IMG/VR virus record: IMGVR_UViG_3300031836_000033
Location: 1-37,717 of that record
Reading direction: 5' to 3' (one strand)
Origin: a virus
Taxonomy: Duplodnaviria; Caudoviricetes
Length of the DNA: 37,717 nucleotides
Position numbers and translations under genes: made by a program. This document shows positions 36,189-37,717 of this stretch, in pieces. The notes beneath the pieces were generated by a model. The model made no database searches. It saw only the letters and a list, made by a program, of their open reading frames with translations, and had not been told where the DNA came from. Position 1 is the first letter of the stretch. Each line of letters opens with the position of its first letter.

Positions 36189-36427
36189 TTCATTCGCCAG
36201 CCTTTCATGTAGCTGTTTGGCCTTAGCCCTGGCTCCAGGGCTTGAGTCCAGTTGTCTCCGCGTAGACGCCGCATCTTGACCGTCTGCCACTTCAGTTTCC
36301 GCTCCGTGGCCCACACCAGCGCAGGCTTTGTTTCACCGTTGAGCGTCACTAGCTGCGCACCTGCGCATACAGTGTCCCTTTTCGGCTTACGCGGCAGAAC
36401 CTCGAAACACAGCGTTATCTGTGTCAT
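36185..36427 (-). CDS. Small putative DNA-binding protein (80 aa; start may be 36442)
   Basis: GAGGG SD; TLNGETKPALVWATERKLKWQTVKMRRLRGDNWTQAL resembles the helical module at the C-terminus of phage HNH endonucleases. Confidence 0.6.
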   Translation of the reverse strand: MTQITLCFEVLPRKPKRDTVCAGAQLVTLNGETKPALVWATERKLKWQTVKMRRLRGDNWTQALEPGLRPNSYMKGWRMN

Positions 36428-36441
36428 TGCTATCACCCTCA

Positions 36442-36798
36442 TCAAGAGCCCCCTTGACTTGCGGATAAACGAACACGAACCTTCCCGCCCTTCACTACCT
36501 CTTCACTTATGCTGTGTCTGGTAATAAACCGCTTGTCGTCGATGCCCAGCGCGTCAGCAATGCCATCCCGGCCGGATTTCATACGCGCAATCAGATTGTC
36601 ATCGTCATAACTGCGGCGATCAGGCCGAAAGAACTCAAGCTCTAGTACAACTTTCCCTTCTGGCACCTCTGGCCGCGCCTGGCGACACAAGGCATTGCAG
36701 TCCGCTCGATAACGCTTGGCAGCCTTGGCTTTTTTCGACCAGTGACCTCGGGCGTTCGGACTCAACTCTTTCGGTGGCCAATCCAGGTCGAATGTCAT
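36442..36798 (-). CDS. rusA: RusA-family Holliday junction resolvase
   Basis: WPPKELSPN and PDRRSYDDDNL...K...DGIADALGIDD motifs. Confidence 0.85.
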   Translation of the reverse strand: MTFDLDWPPKELSPNARGHWSKKAKAAKRYRADCNALCRQARPEVPEGKVVLELEFFRPDRRSYDDDNLIARMKSGRDGIADALGIDDKRFITRHSISEEVVKGGKVRVRLSASQGGS

Positions 36799-37091
36799 GC
36801 AGGCTCTCCAATCAACTCCAGCGTTAAAGCAAGCAGCTCAGATTCGGTACCAAACTGCTCAATGAACCGGGTCTTATCGTGATGAATGCTGGCAACGACC
36901 GGGTGTGCAGTGCCTCGGTGATGGGCCGGACACAGCGGGATAGCCAGGTCATGCCGCGCCCGCTGACTCATCCCCTGCCCTGCGCGCGGATGATGAATCT
37001 CTGCAGGTGTGCCTGGCGTGCCTTGGACGTGACATGCAATGCACCCCAGAGCTGCCAGCCTGCCCAAGTGCTTTCTGTGCTGTGCATTCAC
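36795..37091 (-). CDS. Ref-family (recombination enhancement) HNH-like nuclease
   Basis: GCIAC, AEIHH and IPLCPAHHRG motifs. Confidence 0.8.
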   Translation of the reverse strand: MNAQHRKHLGRLAALGCIACHVQGTPGTPAEIHHPRAGQGMSQRARHDLAIPLCPAHHRGTAHPVVASIHHDKTRFIEQFGTESELLALTLELIGEPA

Positions 37092-37297
37092 CGGAACACC
37101 CCCCTAACCATCAAAACAATCCGGCGCCAGAGTGACCGCTTGGGCTTGGGCCTGGCTGCGATACCTGCAGCACGACCAGACATGAACGCCTTTTGCTGCT
37201 GGACCCCGCTGCGGCGCCCGTCGTATCGCGCCTTGCCCAAGCCAATCTGATAGCCGTAGTCATAGGCCGACTTGTTGCGCTGGGATGTTTTGCTCAT
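37088..37297 (-). CDS. Hypothetical basic protein (69 aa)
   Basis: ATGA/GTGA overlaps with neighbours. Confidence 0.6.
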   Translation of the reverse strand: MSKTSQRNKSAYDYGYQIGLGKARYDGRRSGVQQQKAFMSGRAAGIAARPKPKRSLWRRIVLMVRGVFR

Positions 37298-37717
37298 GCG
37301 GCGCTCCGGAACACTTCAAATTCAGCCATTTCCGTCAACCGCTCTTCCGTCAGAGAAGGCCAGTCCGTTGCCACTAGGTAAGCGCAGCACTGCGCCCAGA
37401 AGTCCTGAAACGACTCTTCACCCATTGAGTCATACGACAGGCTTTGCGGTACCGCGCGAGTCAACTTGCCCAGCCCGGGTATATCGAACTCTTCCCGATC
37501 GCAGTACACACCCGACTCCATCTGCAGGGCCTTGATTGCGTCGTGCGACTGCATGCCGCTGAATCGCTCGATATTCTGGGTCAGTACCTTACCCAGGCCG
37601 TGAACCAAGCCGTTGAATCTGGGATTGCGTGGCTGCTTCAGTTCGGCGCGAATCTTGGTATTCATCTTGTAGCCGCGCTCCTTCAGGATTGACCCATCAG
37701 CATCCGATGCCGCCACG
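37294..37717 (-). CDS. DUF1367-like nin-region protein, 5'-truncated
   Basis: PRNPRF and PQSLSYDSMGEESF motifs; open to the window edge. Confidence 0.6.
   Translation of the reverse strand, partial: VAASDADGSILKERGYKMNTKIRAELKQPRNPRFNGLVHGLGKVLTQNIERFSGMQSHDAIKALQMESGVYCDREEFDIPGLGKLTRAVPQSLSYDSMGEESFQDFWAQCCAYLVATDWPSLTEERLTEMAEFEVFRSAA

Larger units (their letters stand above)
1..37717 (-). mobile_element. Late region of a podovirus-like (pro)phage; no att site, integrase or host gene visible
   Basis: Co-oriented terminase, portal, capsid, tail, ejection, tail fibre, lysis and nin-type genes, many with ATGA/TGATG overlaps; no tape measure or sheath gene recognised. Confidence 0.95.

Noticed and set aside
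1-37717. CRISPR array, tRNA or rRNA genes, integrase
   Set aside because: None recognised; intergenic gaps are short and explained by promoters, terminators or leaders

Overview
The whole window is the late region of a temperate-type, podovirus-like dsDNA phage or prophage, probably of a Pseudomonas-like gammaproteobacterium (inferred from tail-fibre motifs and a GC content of roughly 60% by eye). Almost all genes are on the minus strand. Reading right to left: nin-type genes (DUF1367-like, Ref-like nuclease, RusA), a lysis cassette (membrane protein, M15 endolysin, holin, Rz/Rz1), accessory genes with a DEDDh exonuclease, TerS, an intein-interrupted TerL, P22-like portal, scaffold, N4-gp56-type major capsid, head-tail and tail proteins, ejected proteins ending in a 3139-aa large polyvalent protein, and tail fibre genes. 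The main unexplained signals are: (1) six copies of a promoter-like element TTGnnn-N10-GTCACA-T(AGCGT), one at the head of each late module, two of them sharing one palindromic TTGCAA as a mirror-symmetric bidirectional promoter, with no Q-like gene where lambdoid phages have one; (2) a structured capsid leader with a terminator-like hairpin and four tandem pseudoknot-like units; (3) the multi-enzyme polyvalent protein (ParB-like, three zincin-like motifs, ADP-ribosyltransferase-like, LPD38-like); (4) two antisense accessory cassettes. All family names come from motif recognition, not from database searches.
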